From a virus (taxonomy: Duplodnaviria; Caudoviricetes): a stretch of DNA of 41,573 bases. The notes beneath the pieces were generated by a model. It was not told the DNA's origin. It ran no database searches and saw only the letters and a program-made list of their open reading frames with translations. Below, in pieces: positions 1 to 8,938 of this stretch. Location of the stretch: positions 1 to 41,573 of the IMG/VR virus record IMGVR_UViG_3300012933_000109; one strand, given 5' to 3'. Each line of letters begins with the position of its first letter. The first letter of the stretch is position 1. The position numbers and the translations under genes were made by a program.

Positions 1-1382
1 CCGTTGTGAATCACAATCACGGCACCAACTGTGTAAGTGAGAGGCACGCCGTTAGCGTCATTACCACTCAGTGTAGTGCTCCCGTTGGCAACATACTCAT
101 ACGCTACCATCGTGGCAACGGAGGCGCTTGATGCGTCGATCCAGCCGTAGGCTACGAAGTAAACGCGCAAGCGCTTAGTGGTTGTGTTGGAGTAGATTGC
201 ACCTTCGGCCAATGGGTTGCCATCGTTGTCCACTGTTGGATCAGATGCCTTAGGGCCGAGGTAGCGATCATCAAAGTTGTCAAGCAACGCAGCAGCACTG
301 GCAGCACTGGAGGCTGCACTTACCGCAGAAGCAGAGGCACTTGTAGCTTGTGCTGTAGCAATGCCTGCCTGCGTGGTTGCAATGCCTGCTTGTGTAGTGG
401 CGGTAGTTGCAGAAGTGCTGGCGCTTGTTGCGCTTGTAGATGCGTTGCCTGCTTGTGTTGTAGCAATACCAGCTTGTGTGGTAGCCACGCCTGCTTGCGT
501 AGTTGCTGTAGTTGCAGATGCACTTGCACTGGAAGCTGACACAGCAGCAGCGCTTGCGCTATTGCCTGCGTTGGTAGCCTGTGTAGTTGCAGTCGCAGCA
601 GATGCTGACGCACTCGTGGCTGAACTTGCAGATGCAGTTGCCGAACTAGCAGCAGCGGTAGCTTGTGCAGATGCAGTAGATGCAGAACCTGCGGCAGCAG
701 TGGCGCTTGCAGCAGCAGCATTAGCTGAACCAGCAGCAGCAGTAGCACGAGTGTCAGCAGTGCTTGCACTTGCAGAAGCCTCAGCAGCTTTTGTTGTAGC
801 GACAGTTGCGCTTGCAGCAGCAGCACCGGCGTTAGCAGCACTTGCTGCTACAGCGCCAAGAATACTTGCAGCAGAAGCAGCAGCGTTGTTGGCAGAAGCC
901 AGAGCGTTTGCTTCGCTTGTGTCAGCGCTTACCTCACTAGCTTGCGCAGCAGCGGCAGCGTCCGTAGCTGCATCAGCAGCGTCGAGCACAGCTTGTGCAG
1001 TCGTGGTCAACTGAGCAACCACATCAGCGTTTGTAGCGTCAGCAGTCTCAGCACCAATGAACACTGATTGCTGTGCCACTTTATCAAGGTTAGCCTCAGT
1101 CAAGCGGCTACCTGTTGTGAAGTCTACCAGTGGGCCACTCTTAGGTGTGTCACGGTAGATCACCATGTTCTTACCAACCGGAGCGGCAACGCCAAGGTTA
1201 AGTGTGAAGTCACCAACGAACATCGTGGGTAGCACTTCGATTGGGGTACGGGCGAGAGTCACAGCATCTTCAATGTAGGCCTTCACATGGGATTTATCCA
1301 TGTAGCCACCTGAGAAGCTAAACTCGAACTGGGTTGTTACCCCATCACCGGGAACCCGATATGTCGCGTAAAGCGTTGTCAT
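1..1382 (-). CDS. Tail fibre protein, N-terminal part (T7 gp17-like anchor domain plus Ala/Ser/Thr-rich stalk); runs off the window at base 1
   Basis: Not in the ORF track because there is no stop in the window. ATG at 1382 with GGAG RBS. Reads MTTLYATYRVPGDGVTTQFEFSFSGGYMDKSHVKAY...IYRDTPKSGPLVDFTTGSRLTEANLD, the typical gp17 N-terminal anchor. Lies directly after the internal virion genes and a phage promoter. Confidence 0.92.
   Translation of the reverse strand, partial: MTTLYATYRVPGDGVTTQFEFSFSGGYMDKSHVKAYIEDAVTLARTPIEVLPTMFVGDFTLNLGVAAPVGKNMVIYRDTPKSGPLVDFTTGSRLTEANLDKVAQQSVFIGAETADATNADVVAQLTTTAQAVLDAADAATDAAAAAQASEVSADTSEANALASANNAAASAASILGAVAASAANAGAAAASATVATTKAAEASASASTADTRATAAAGSANAAAASATAAAGSASTASAQATAAASSATASASSATSASASAATATTQATNAGNSASAAAVSASSASASATTATTQAGVATTQAGIATTQAGNASTSATSASTSATTATTQAGIATTQAGIATAQATSASASAVSAASSAASAAALLDNFDDRYLGPKASDPTVDNDGNPLAEGAIYSNTTTKRLRVYFVAYGWIDASSASVATMVAYEYVANGSTTLSGNDANGVPLTYTVGAVIVIHN
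345..507 (-). repeat. 21-nt / 7-aa ATTQAG(I/V/N) repeats in the tail fibre stalk
   Basis: Five ATTQAG units plus an ATAQAT variant, read by hand from the minus frame, inside a low-complexity A/S/T stretch (~290-1010). Confidence 0.8.
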
Positions 1383-1399
1383 ACGTTCTCCAAATTGTT

Positions 1400-1413
1400 T
1401 GCGTTATATGGAT
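1400..1413 (-). promoter_or_regulatory. Putative phage RNAP promoter upstream of the tail fibre gene
   Basis: ATCCATATAACGCA (minus strand), an exact copy of the 14-mers at 13239-13252 and 17343-17356; intergenic. Confidence 0.8.
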
Positions 1414-1431
1414 GCAGGGCCGTAGCCCTAC
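1414..1431 (-). other. Stem-loop with a C(UACG)G tetraloop between the IVP-C stop and the fibre promoter
   Basis: GTAGGGC-TACG-GCCCTGC on the minus strand. No U-tract, so not a standard intrinsic terminator. Confidence 0.55.
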
Positions 1432-1437
1432 ACGCCA

Positions 1438-4400
1438 TCAATCTTCTTTCAAAGCGTTGACACCAATCATTAACATTGGTGTGTTCGCACCGGGCAACAG
1501 CTTCGCAATCTTATGCGCGTCTGGGTCTTGTGCCGTCTTGTAAATGTCATCCAAGTAACCAGCGGCAGGAATGAATTTGCCAACCAACCCTTTAGCTGCA
1601 CCTTGACGGCCACCTGTCTGCTCAAAGTCAAGCACCGGGCCGAGTAGGTCAATGAGTTCGCCAGCAAAGCCAGACGAGCCCACGTAGTTCAGCGATGCAC
1701 GTGCGATCTGCATTGGGTCAAGCATCTTGTCCAAGTATGCCTCACGATCAGGGCGGCCCACAGCTTGCGCTGCAATACGTGCCATGTAGATCGGGGCTAC
1801 AAAGGCCATAGAGCCTGCCAAAATACCGAGGGCACCCGCTACCCCATGGTTGAGTTTATTGCGGCCCCATTGCTTCTCCAATGCGACGAGAGGGAAGTTG
1901 CGGAACTGGGTCAACAAGCGGCCCATGTCACTGTGTGTCCACTTACCCACCTCACCAATGAACGAACCTTGGATAATCTGGTGTGTACCACGGCGCACAG
2001 CAGTGATGAACTCATCAGCAGCGCCACCTTGTGTTGCCTTGGTAATGTCGAACTCAGCCACGTTGCCGTTAGCATCCCACTTCACCATGTTGTCAAGATC
2101 ACCACGGAACTTCTCAACCAGTGATTGAGTGAAGCCCATGTCAGCGAGTGCCTTGTCATTGCCACCATCACGGATGTACTTCAAGGCCTTGCTTGTGATT
2201 TGCTCTGACATGCCACGAACTTGTGTAGCTTGAATCATGCGGTGCATGCTCAGCGAGCCCATCAGGTGAGAGCCTGTGCGCAAGGCACGGTCAAACCAAG
2301 TTACTGAGCTGTTGCCGTAACTAGCGTGCACGTTCTCTGGGTTGTCGTAAGCAGTGACCATCTTGTAACCGTCAAGTCCCCACTCACCACCACCGCCCCA
2401 TTGCTCCATGCTGCTCAACAAACTGTTGTTCACTTTCTCACCGCGAGCCAAGGCGCTAACCTCAGCACGCAAGCGTGGCATGTCCACAATAGAGTCAAGC
2501 GTGTTCTTCACACCCACAGCCCAAATGCCGTTCAATGATTCACCGAGCTGCGGCCAGCCCATACCGCCGAGGCGGGCAATGGATGTAGCCGACAGCAGAC
2601 GGTCAAGTGCTTTGCTCTTGGCTGTGCCAAATGGACGGCCTAAGAACTCAGCAGCAGTTTGGTCAAACGCTTCCATAACTCGGTTGTCTGCTTGCGCACT
2701 ACCACCTTGCATCAACGCGCTGCGCAACAAGGACAAGCCTTGTGCACCCATCACACCGTTCTGCGATAGCGCCACTTCACCAGACACACGGCGTGCGTAG
2801 TTACGCAGCAATGACAACTGGTCAGTGTTGAACAACTCCATCAGCGTGGTCTTGCTACCATCAGCCTTGGTGAACTCTTGTGTCAAGTTCAAGTGCAGAC
2901 GCTTCTTAGTGTGGCTTGCACCACCAGCCGCGTAGCGCCCCATGGCAGCAGCAACTTCTTCCTTGCTCATGCCCATGGCCTCAAGCGCACCACGTACCAT
3001 ATCCGCAGCAGCGGGGTTGTGCACGTTGGCAGGAATCTCGTGACCACCACGGGCGTTGATACGCGCATGGTTAATATACGAGCGTGCAAGTTCTTGTGAG
3101 AACTCTGTGCTGAATCCTTCAATGTCTTGGAACTGCTTGCTCAGCACATCGGTGAACATGCGCTGTTCATCAAGTGTCAGAGTTTGCAGACGCTCAGCAG
3201 CAAGCACGTGCGGCATGTAGCCACGTGAGCTTTCAGGCAAGCGTGCCCACCCAACAGTCTGTGCGTCAACTTGTGCCAAGCGCATACGTTCATACGAGCG
3301 CTCCAGTGCATCAGCAGCTTGCTTAACCAGCGCGTGCGAAGTTGTCTCCTCATCACGCAAGCGAGCGTCCTGCTCCATAGCAACGTCACGGTTAAAGCGG
3401 TTGCGCAACTCAGGATCAAAGTGATCTTTCAATGCGCCGCCACCGTGCTCTTGTCGCCAAGCAGCATACATGTTGTCATACTCAAGCAAGGCATTACCAA
3501 TGAAGCTACGCTCGTGCAAGTCCTTTGCAATCGCAGCAGTACGACGACGACCACTTGCACCTGTTGCGTTCTCAAGCAGCGTGCCAGCAATCATGCGTGC
3601 TACTGGATTGTCACTTGATGCAAGCAGTGTAGCAGGCAGCGCTACGTTGAATGTGTCGTTGTTGCCAATGAGGTTCTTCAACGCTTCAACATCAGTAGGA
3701 TTCTCAGCATTCCACTGTTCAGCCTTGATGTAAATGTCGCGCACAGCCTTGTACTCTGCACGCTCACGTGGTGTACCTTGTGGCATCAAGTCAAGGCCAT
3801 ACTTCTGGCTAATGTCATGTTGCAGTGTACCGATCTCACCTGTGTCACGAGCGACACCGGGACGGCCTTCACCAGCAGCAACCTTAGCACGCACGCTCTC
3901 GAAGAAATCTTCAAAGCGTGGGTCAGCACCGAGCAAGCCACGGTCAGCAGCGCGTGTGAACAACTCAAGTAGTCGTTTGTAAAGCGCCTTAGCACTGTCA
4001 ACGATCTGTTGTGACCAGTTAATGTCTTTGCCCTTGCCAACGCCCAGTGCGCCAGCCTCAGCGTACTTAGCAAACTGTTCAGCCGTGATCTCCTCAAAGT
4101 TGAGCCAGTAGTCATCGACGTACTTGGTGTCACCGGATGTACGTTTGAGCATCCCCTCACGCAACGACACGTTGCCATCAGTGAAAGCAAGTTTCTCTTG
4201 ACGTGCAATAGGGCTACGCATTGACAGCGCAGACCCAGCCTTGCCTTTTGTGTTAGCAAGCGTGGAGAACTCCTCAAACATCTTGAGCACACCAGCTTGA
4301 ATGTCAGGTGATGCGTTCTTGAAGTGAGCAACTTTAACAGCGTGCCCAAGTTCATGTACCAGCGTAGTAGGCGCAGCATCACCCAAGCGTTTGTTCACTT

Positions 4401-5811
4401 GAATTGTGATAACGTCTGTGCTTTTGTTTGCAGCCATCTGACCATTGAGTGCATCATTACCATCCACACCTGCAATGATAACCTTGCGGCCCGGCAGCAT
4501 GTCGCGCACAATAGGCAGCGTGCTCTTATGCAGGGCTTGGTAGAAGGGGTCAGCAGCAATGCTTGGTGCAAGGTGCGTACCGGGTGTGATGCTTTTCAAG
4601 AACGTGTCATCAATCGTTGCATCAATGCCAGTAAAGCTCTTACCGCTGTAGCCTTTCATGTCAGCCATAGCATTACCATCTTGGTTTTGCTGACGCACGC
4701 TATCAATGGTGAAGTCATCCTCAACAATGGGAGACTCATCAAGATTGTGCGCGGGCAAGCGGTCAACGTCAGCAGCCGTGCTCATGTGCGTGGTGCGAAT
4801 CTTCTGCAAGTCCTCAGCTTCAAGGCGTTTCATTTCCTTGCGTTTAACCTCAATAGGCGCATCCACACCCACGTTCTTTTGTGCACGCTCAGCAAGCGCC
4901 ATGTTAGCAGCAAACACCTGCTTGTGCACGTTGGCAGCAAAGGCAGCTTGTGCTTGCTTGTAAACCAGCGGGCCTGTCACTGCGGAGAGTGCAGCACCCT
5001 GCGCAATAGCGATACCGTAATCAGCGACTGAGCGATGTTCACCAGCGAGGTCAAGTGCAGCTTCATACGCTACGTTGCCCAACACGTTCTCACCAATGTT
5101 CGACACGACAGCGAGGCCGGGGCGTGCTTGCAATGCGAAGCGTGCAGCACCATAGCCTGCCGCCCCCACCATCTTTGCTGCACCGTAGCCTGCAATGTAG
5201 TTGGTAGGGTCGAGCAAGCCCGATGCCAGACCTGCCGTCAAGCGGCCACCCATGCTTGCATTAGAGAGTGTCGCGTTGTCTGTGCGCTCTGTGCGAATGC
5301 GCTCTACGCGAAAGTCGTAGTCAGCTTGGCTCTCAGCGTCCATCAAGGATTCTTGCTCATGCTGACTAAAGCCACCCATGTACTCAGGCCACTTGCGGTT
5401 ACGCTCGTCGATCCATGCTGGGTCAGCTTTGAAATCTTTGGAGAAGTTACGCTCCAGCAGTGCAACCGTTGGTGCCATTGTTTGACGATAGGTTGCACCG
5501 AATGTCGTGTCAGTCTGCCATGGCAAGCCAAAGCTCTGCTCCTCCTTGCGGAGTTGCGCGGCTTCATTGGCTCGCTGCATAATCTCTGTGCCTGCACCAA
5601 TCACTGCGTTGTCAGTGACTTCGCCAGTGGCGTACTTGTCGCTCATTACTGGTGCAGGACGTAGCGGCTTCTTGCCTTTCTTGGGGCGAGCACCACCAGC
5701 TACATCATAGATTGTGGAGGCGGCAGGGCCACCACCCACGGCTGTGGACTGAATAGTGGATGCTCCACCTGTCACGTTATCGTTCGGGCTTGCGCCCACT
5801 AAATCATCCAT
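1438..5811 (-). CDS. Internal virion (ejection) protein C, gp16-equivalent, with an internal HExxH motif
   Basis: 1457 aa; last and largest of three internal virion genes before the fibre; C-terminal LTQFRNFP-like segment; TLVHELGH at 4342-4356. Confidence 0.85.
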   Translation of the reverse strand: MDDLVGASPNDNVTGGASTIQSTAVGGGPAASTIYDVAGGARPKKGKKPLRPAPVMSDKYATGEVTDNAVIGAGTEIMQRANEAAQLRKEEQSFGLPWQTDTTFGATYRQTMAPTVALLERNFSKDFKADPAWIDERNRKWPEYMGGFSQHEQESLMDAESQADYDFRVERIRTERTDNATLSNASMGGRLTAGLASGLLDPTNYIAGYGAAKMVGAAGYGAARFALQARPGLAVVSNIGENVLGNVAYEAALDLAGEHRSVADYGIAIAQGAALSAVTGPLVYKQAQAAFAANVHKQVFAANMALAERAQKNVGVDAPIEVKRKEMKRLEAEDLQKIRTTHMSTAADVDRLPAHNLDESPIVEDDFTIDSVRQQNQDGNAMADMKGYSGKSFTGIDATIDDTFLKSITPGTHLAPSIAADPFYQALHKSTLPIVRDMLPGRKVIIAGVDGNDALNGQMAANKSTDVITIQVNKRLGDAAPTTLVHELGHAVKVAHFKNASPDIQAGVLKMFEEFSTLANTKGKAGSALSMRSPIARQEKLAFTDGNVSLREGMLKRTSGDTKYVDDYWLNFEEITAEQFAKYAEAGALGVGKGKDINWSQQIVDSAKALYKRLLELFTRAADRGLLGADPRFEDFFESVRAKVAAGEGRPGVARDTGEIGTLQHDISQKYGLDLMPQGTPRERAEYKAVRDIYIKAEQWNAENPTDVEALKNLIGNNDTFNVALPATLLASSDNPVARMIAGTLLENATGASGRRRTAAIAKDLHERSFIGNALLEYDNMYAAWRQEHGGGALKDHFDPELRNRFNRDVAMEQDARLRDEETTSHALVKQAADALERSYERMRLAQVDAQTVGWARLPESSRGYMPHVLAAERLQTLTLDEQRMFTDVLSKQFQDIEGFSTEFSQELARSYINHARINARGGHEIPANVHNPAAADMVRGALEAMGMSKEEVAAAMGRYAAGGASHTKKRLHLNLTQEFTKADGSKTTLMELFNTDQLSLLRNYARRVSGEVALSQNGVMGAQGLSLLRSALMQGGSAQADNRVMEAFDQTAAEFLGRPFGTAKSKALDRLLSATSIARLGGMGWPQLGESLNGIWAVGVKNTLDSIVDMPRLRAEVSALARGEKVNNSLLSSMEQWGGGGEWGLDGYKMVTAYDNPENVHASYGNSSVTWFDRALRTGSHLMGSLSMHRMIQATQVRGMSEQITSKALKYIRDGGNDKALADMGFTQSLVEKFRGDLDNMVKWDANGNVAEFDITKATQGGAADEFITAVRRGTHQIIQGSFIGEVGKWTHSDMGRLLTQFRNFPLVALEKQWGRNKLNHGVAGALGILAGSMAFVAPIYMARIAAQAVGRPDREAYLDKMLDPMQIARASLNYVGSSGFAGELIDLLGPVLDFEQTGGRQGAAKGLVGKFIPAAGYLDDIYKTAQDPDAHKIAKLLPGANTPMLMIGVNALKED

Positions 5812-5812
5812 G

Positions 5813-8137
5813 TTACTTCACTTTCTGTTGTTTACGATACGCAGCCCATTCAGCCTCTGTAGCGTAGATGCTAGGCATCTGGTCTACGGGGCGTGCTGGA
5901 GCAGCGCCTGCACGGAATGCAGGATAAGCGGCAGGGCCAGCTTTAGGGATTGCGCGTTCGTGCACTTGACGAATATCACGCGAACTAAACACAATAGGTT
6001 TCTCACTGCCATCATCGGCAATGGGGTAGTAGGTGAACTGTGCTTGACCATCACGATCATGGCCGCGAAGCAATGTGTACTTCTGTGGAGAAGCACCGGC
6101 ACGTTCAGCCAGCTCTTTCATCAGCGTAGTCATCGCATCTGAAATCTGTCCTTGATCCATGTACGCATCGCCGCGCTCATTTGAGAAGTAAGAGGTTAGT
6201 GGTTTCTGGTCACGGCCATTATGCCATGCGTGCCCACCAATAATCTCAAGGCCACTTGCCTTTGCTTTCTCAAGAGATTTGTTTAGCAACTGCTCGCCAG
6301 ACAAAACATCTTTGTCCTCAGCATAACGCTGCTGCACAGCGTTCTTAATCACAGCCAAACTTGAGTCAGTGAAGCCACCACCACGCCCGCCGACGAACCA
6401 GCCAGCAAACATGCTTGGCCCTTTCTTCTCGACGAACTTTGCAATCTCAATCTTCTCATCCTTGTTCACGGATGCAACCTTGTTACGGCCTTTGTTTGTA
6501 GCTTGCCATGCTTGCTCAGCAAACGCTAAACCATCAGGGACTAGCTGACCAGTTTGGTCAAACAATGGACGACCACCAAGACCACGATGAAACTCAGCCA
6601 TGCGCTTGTCAGCCTCACCAAAGTAGCGTGCTTGTGCAGCAGCACCACCGGGCGTATCTTCCATGCGCTTCCAAATGTCATACGCTTTAATCAAGTTTGC
6701 ATTGGCTGCATCACCAACGCTGTTGACCAATGACTGCACTGTGTTGAACACGTAGTCATTACGATAGCCAGCAGGCGCATTGAGTGTCAGCATGCGGTTC
6801 GCTACATCAGGGTTTGTGTTGGCAAGCGTCTTCCACTGCTCGTGAAAAGTATTCTTCAACAACGCAGCTTCTTTGCCGCCCATTTCCTGAATAGCCATAG
6901 CACCGCCACTGTGCACTGCGCCCATGATTGCATAGCTTGCAGCTTGCACGTCAGCTTGACCAGCAGCGTTTGTAGCAGCAGCACGCTGTGAGCGCACCAC
7001 GGCTGACATAGCAGCGCGTTCATCAGCAACGTAGTCACCCTTGCGGATCAGTGGCTGTGAGTTACCGGACTTGTATGCGTACTCAGTGTTGAGTTCATCA
7101 TAGCGCTTGTGCACTGTCTTTGCAGAGATCACACCGTTCTGTGCATCCTCTTTGATTTGCGAGATACGGTCACTGTACTCGATAGCCGCCTCAGCAGCAT
7201 GATGAGCTTCGTAGCGATTGACCAAACCTTCAACAGCAAGGCGCTTCTCAGGATTCATGCGTGCAACCACACCAGCTTCACGGAATGCTGACACACCGTG
7301 GAAGTTACCCTTCTCTGCCATGAGGCCCATCGCAGTTGCAAGGTCTTTCTCCCACGCCTCAGGATCAGCACCAAGAGTAGGGGTACTCACTGCAAGCAAC
7401 GCATCCTTGCGCTGTTGAATTTCCTCACCAGTGTAGACACCGGGTGTAGCAGTCTGTGCAAAGTTCAGCAACGATGCTTGAGTCTCAATAGCGCTCACAC
7501 GCTGACGGCTCATGTTCTCTTGCTGATATTTGTAATGCTCTTTTGTTTGACGCTTCATCAACTGTGGCAAGATTGCCGTAGCCTTACCTTGGATCATTGC
7601 ATCAGTAGCAGTGTCACCAGTGGTCAAGCCCTTCATGGACTCAGCGAGAATGCGTGGGATAGACTCAGGACTCTTGGTCTTGAGTTCATCCATCTTCTGT
7701 TCTTGCGTAGCAGCCCAGCTACCTACGGCTGATTCGACTGTGTACGCACGTGCGCCCTCAACCATGGGAGCATCACCAAAGATTTTGCTGTACCATGGCT
7801 GCTCGTTCGCAATGTCCGTCATCGCCTCACCAGAAGCAGCACGCTGCATACCAGTCATAAAGCGTTCTTGTCGAATCTTCTTTAGATGCGGCTCAAAGAT
7901 TTCGTTTGCAACTTTGTTCAACATGCCGAGAGTTTGGTCTGCACCAGCTCGGTCAATGTTAGGGACTGTTGCTGTCAGCCCCGGCGCTACGTTACCTTGC
8001 ATACCCATGCGCACATCCACAGCCTGCCCTTGCGGGCCTGCTTGTGATTGTACTGCACTAGGTGGAACAAAGGTAAACGTACTTGGCCCGCGCTCCTCGC
8101 CGCCTTGGCCCTTTTCTGAATAACCTGCCCAAACCAT
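5813..8137 (-). CDS. Internal virion protein B (gp15-equivalent)
   Basis: 774 aa helical protein with AAGGAG RBS; synteny. Confidence 0.75.
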   Translation of the reverse strand: MVWAGYSEKGQGGEERGPSTFTFVPPSAVQSQAGPQGQAVDVRMGMQGNVAPGLTATVPNIDRAGADQTLGMLNKVANEIFEPHLKKIRQERFMTGMQRAASGEAMTDIANEQPWYSKIFGDAPMVEGARAYTVESAVGSWAATQEQKMDELKTKSPESIPRILAESMKGLTTGDTATDAMIQGKATAILPQLMKRQTKEHYKYQQENMSRQRVSAIETQASLLNFAQTATPGVYTGEEIQQRKDALLAVSTPTLGADPEAWEKDLATAMGLMAEKGNFHGVSAFREAGVVARMNPEKRLAVEGLVNRYEAHHAAEAAIEYSDRISQIKEDAQNGVISAKTVHKRYDELNTEYAYKSGNSQPLIRKGDYVADERAAMSAVVRSQRAAATNAAGQADVQAASYAIMGAVHSGGAMAIQEMGGKEAALLKNTFHEQWKTLANTNPDVANRMLTLNAPAGYRNDYVFNTVQSLVNSVGDAANANLIKAYDIWKRMEDTPGGAAAQARYFGEADKRMAEFHRGLGGRPLFDQTGQLVPDGLAFAEQAWQATNKGRNKVASVNKDEKIEIAKFVEKKGPSMFAGWFVGGRGGGFTDSSLAVIKNAVQQRYAEDKDVLSGEQLLNKSLEKAKASGLEIIGGHAWHNGRDQKPLTSYFSNERGDAYMDQGQISDAMTTLMKELAERAGASPQKYTLLRGHDRDGQAQFTYYPIADDGSEKPIVFSSRDIRQVHERAIPKAGPAAYPAFRAGAAPARPVDQMPSIYATEAEWAAYRKQQKVK

Positions 8138-8146
8138 ATTGGCTCC

Positions 8147-8929
8147 TTATCGAATTGCGTATGAACTACTGGAGGGCGTGAAGAAGGAACTCTGGTTGCC
8201 CTTGAGTCCTTCACCTGTAGCAGTCATGCTCACACCAGTACCACCGCTGGACTTCAAACCACCAGCAGGATTATCTCCTGAGCTAGTCTGACCACCAAAT
8301 GCGTTAGCTACCGTACCAGCGTTACCGCTAGAAATAATGTCAGTGAACACGTTACCAAAGATCAAGTTCTCTTTGGGCACGTTTGTGCTGTAGTCAATGC
8401 CAGAACTCATGTACGACATATCAAGGCCTGCAATGCTCTGTGGAATGATTCCAGTGAGCTGTGCCATCGTGTCGTAAGTTGCTTGTCCTTGTGCCTTCTC
8501 ACGTGCTTGGCGTGAGCGTGCGTTCTTGAGCTGCATCGTCATGTCAATCACATCAACAGCGTTACCGCCTGTGCCTGACATAGCAGCATGCGCTGCATAC
8601 GCACCACCAGCCTCAGCCGCAGCGAGTTGGTTCTCAATGCTGCCAGTTGTGAATGACTCTTGCATACGCTGCATGTTAGTAACACCAGCCTCAAGAGTCT
8701 TCGCAGCAGCAGCCAAGCGGCGCTTGTTGTTTTCAGTCTGCATGAAGTAGGCTAGTCCAGTCTGTGCTGCGACTGCCTCATTCTTTGCACCACGCACAAG
8801 ATTTGCAGCGGTAGCTTCCGCAGCCGACACTTGGTTCTGTGCACGAGCAATCGCCCGTGACGCAATACCTTGGTAAATCGACCACGCTACCTTTGCACCT
8901 TCTTGTGCTGCTTGTGCTTCACCAGCCAT
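8147..8929 (-). CDS. Internal virion protein A (gp14-equivalent)
   Basis: 260 aa, Ala/Gln-rich, with an AAMSGTGGNAVD segment typical of this class; GGAGG RBS; follows tail tube B. Confidence 0.75.
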   Translation of the reverse strand: MAGEAQAAQEGAKVAWSIYQGIASRAIARAQNQVSAAEATAANLVRGAKNEAVAAQTGLAYFMQTENNKRRLAAAAKTLEAGVTNMQRMQESFTTGSIENQLAAAEAGGAYAAHAAMSGTGGNAVDVIDMTMQLKNARSRQAREKAQGQATYDTMAQLTGIIPQSIAGLDMSYMSSGIDYSTNVPKENLIFGNVFTDIISSGNAGTVANAFGGQTSSGDNPAGGLKSSGGTGVSMTATGEGLKGNQSSFFTPSSSSYAIR

Positions 8930-8938
8930 AAGACCTCC

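Noticed and set aside
277-1014. 245-aa Ala-rich plus-strand ORF, the 320-841 minus ORF and the many other plus-strand ORFs in the track
   Set aside because: Shadows of real minus-strand genes (here the low-complexity fibre stalk). They lack RBSs, and the genome is transcribed in one direction.
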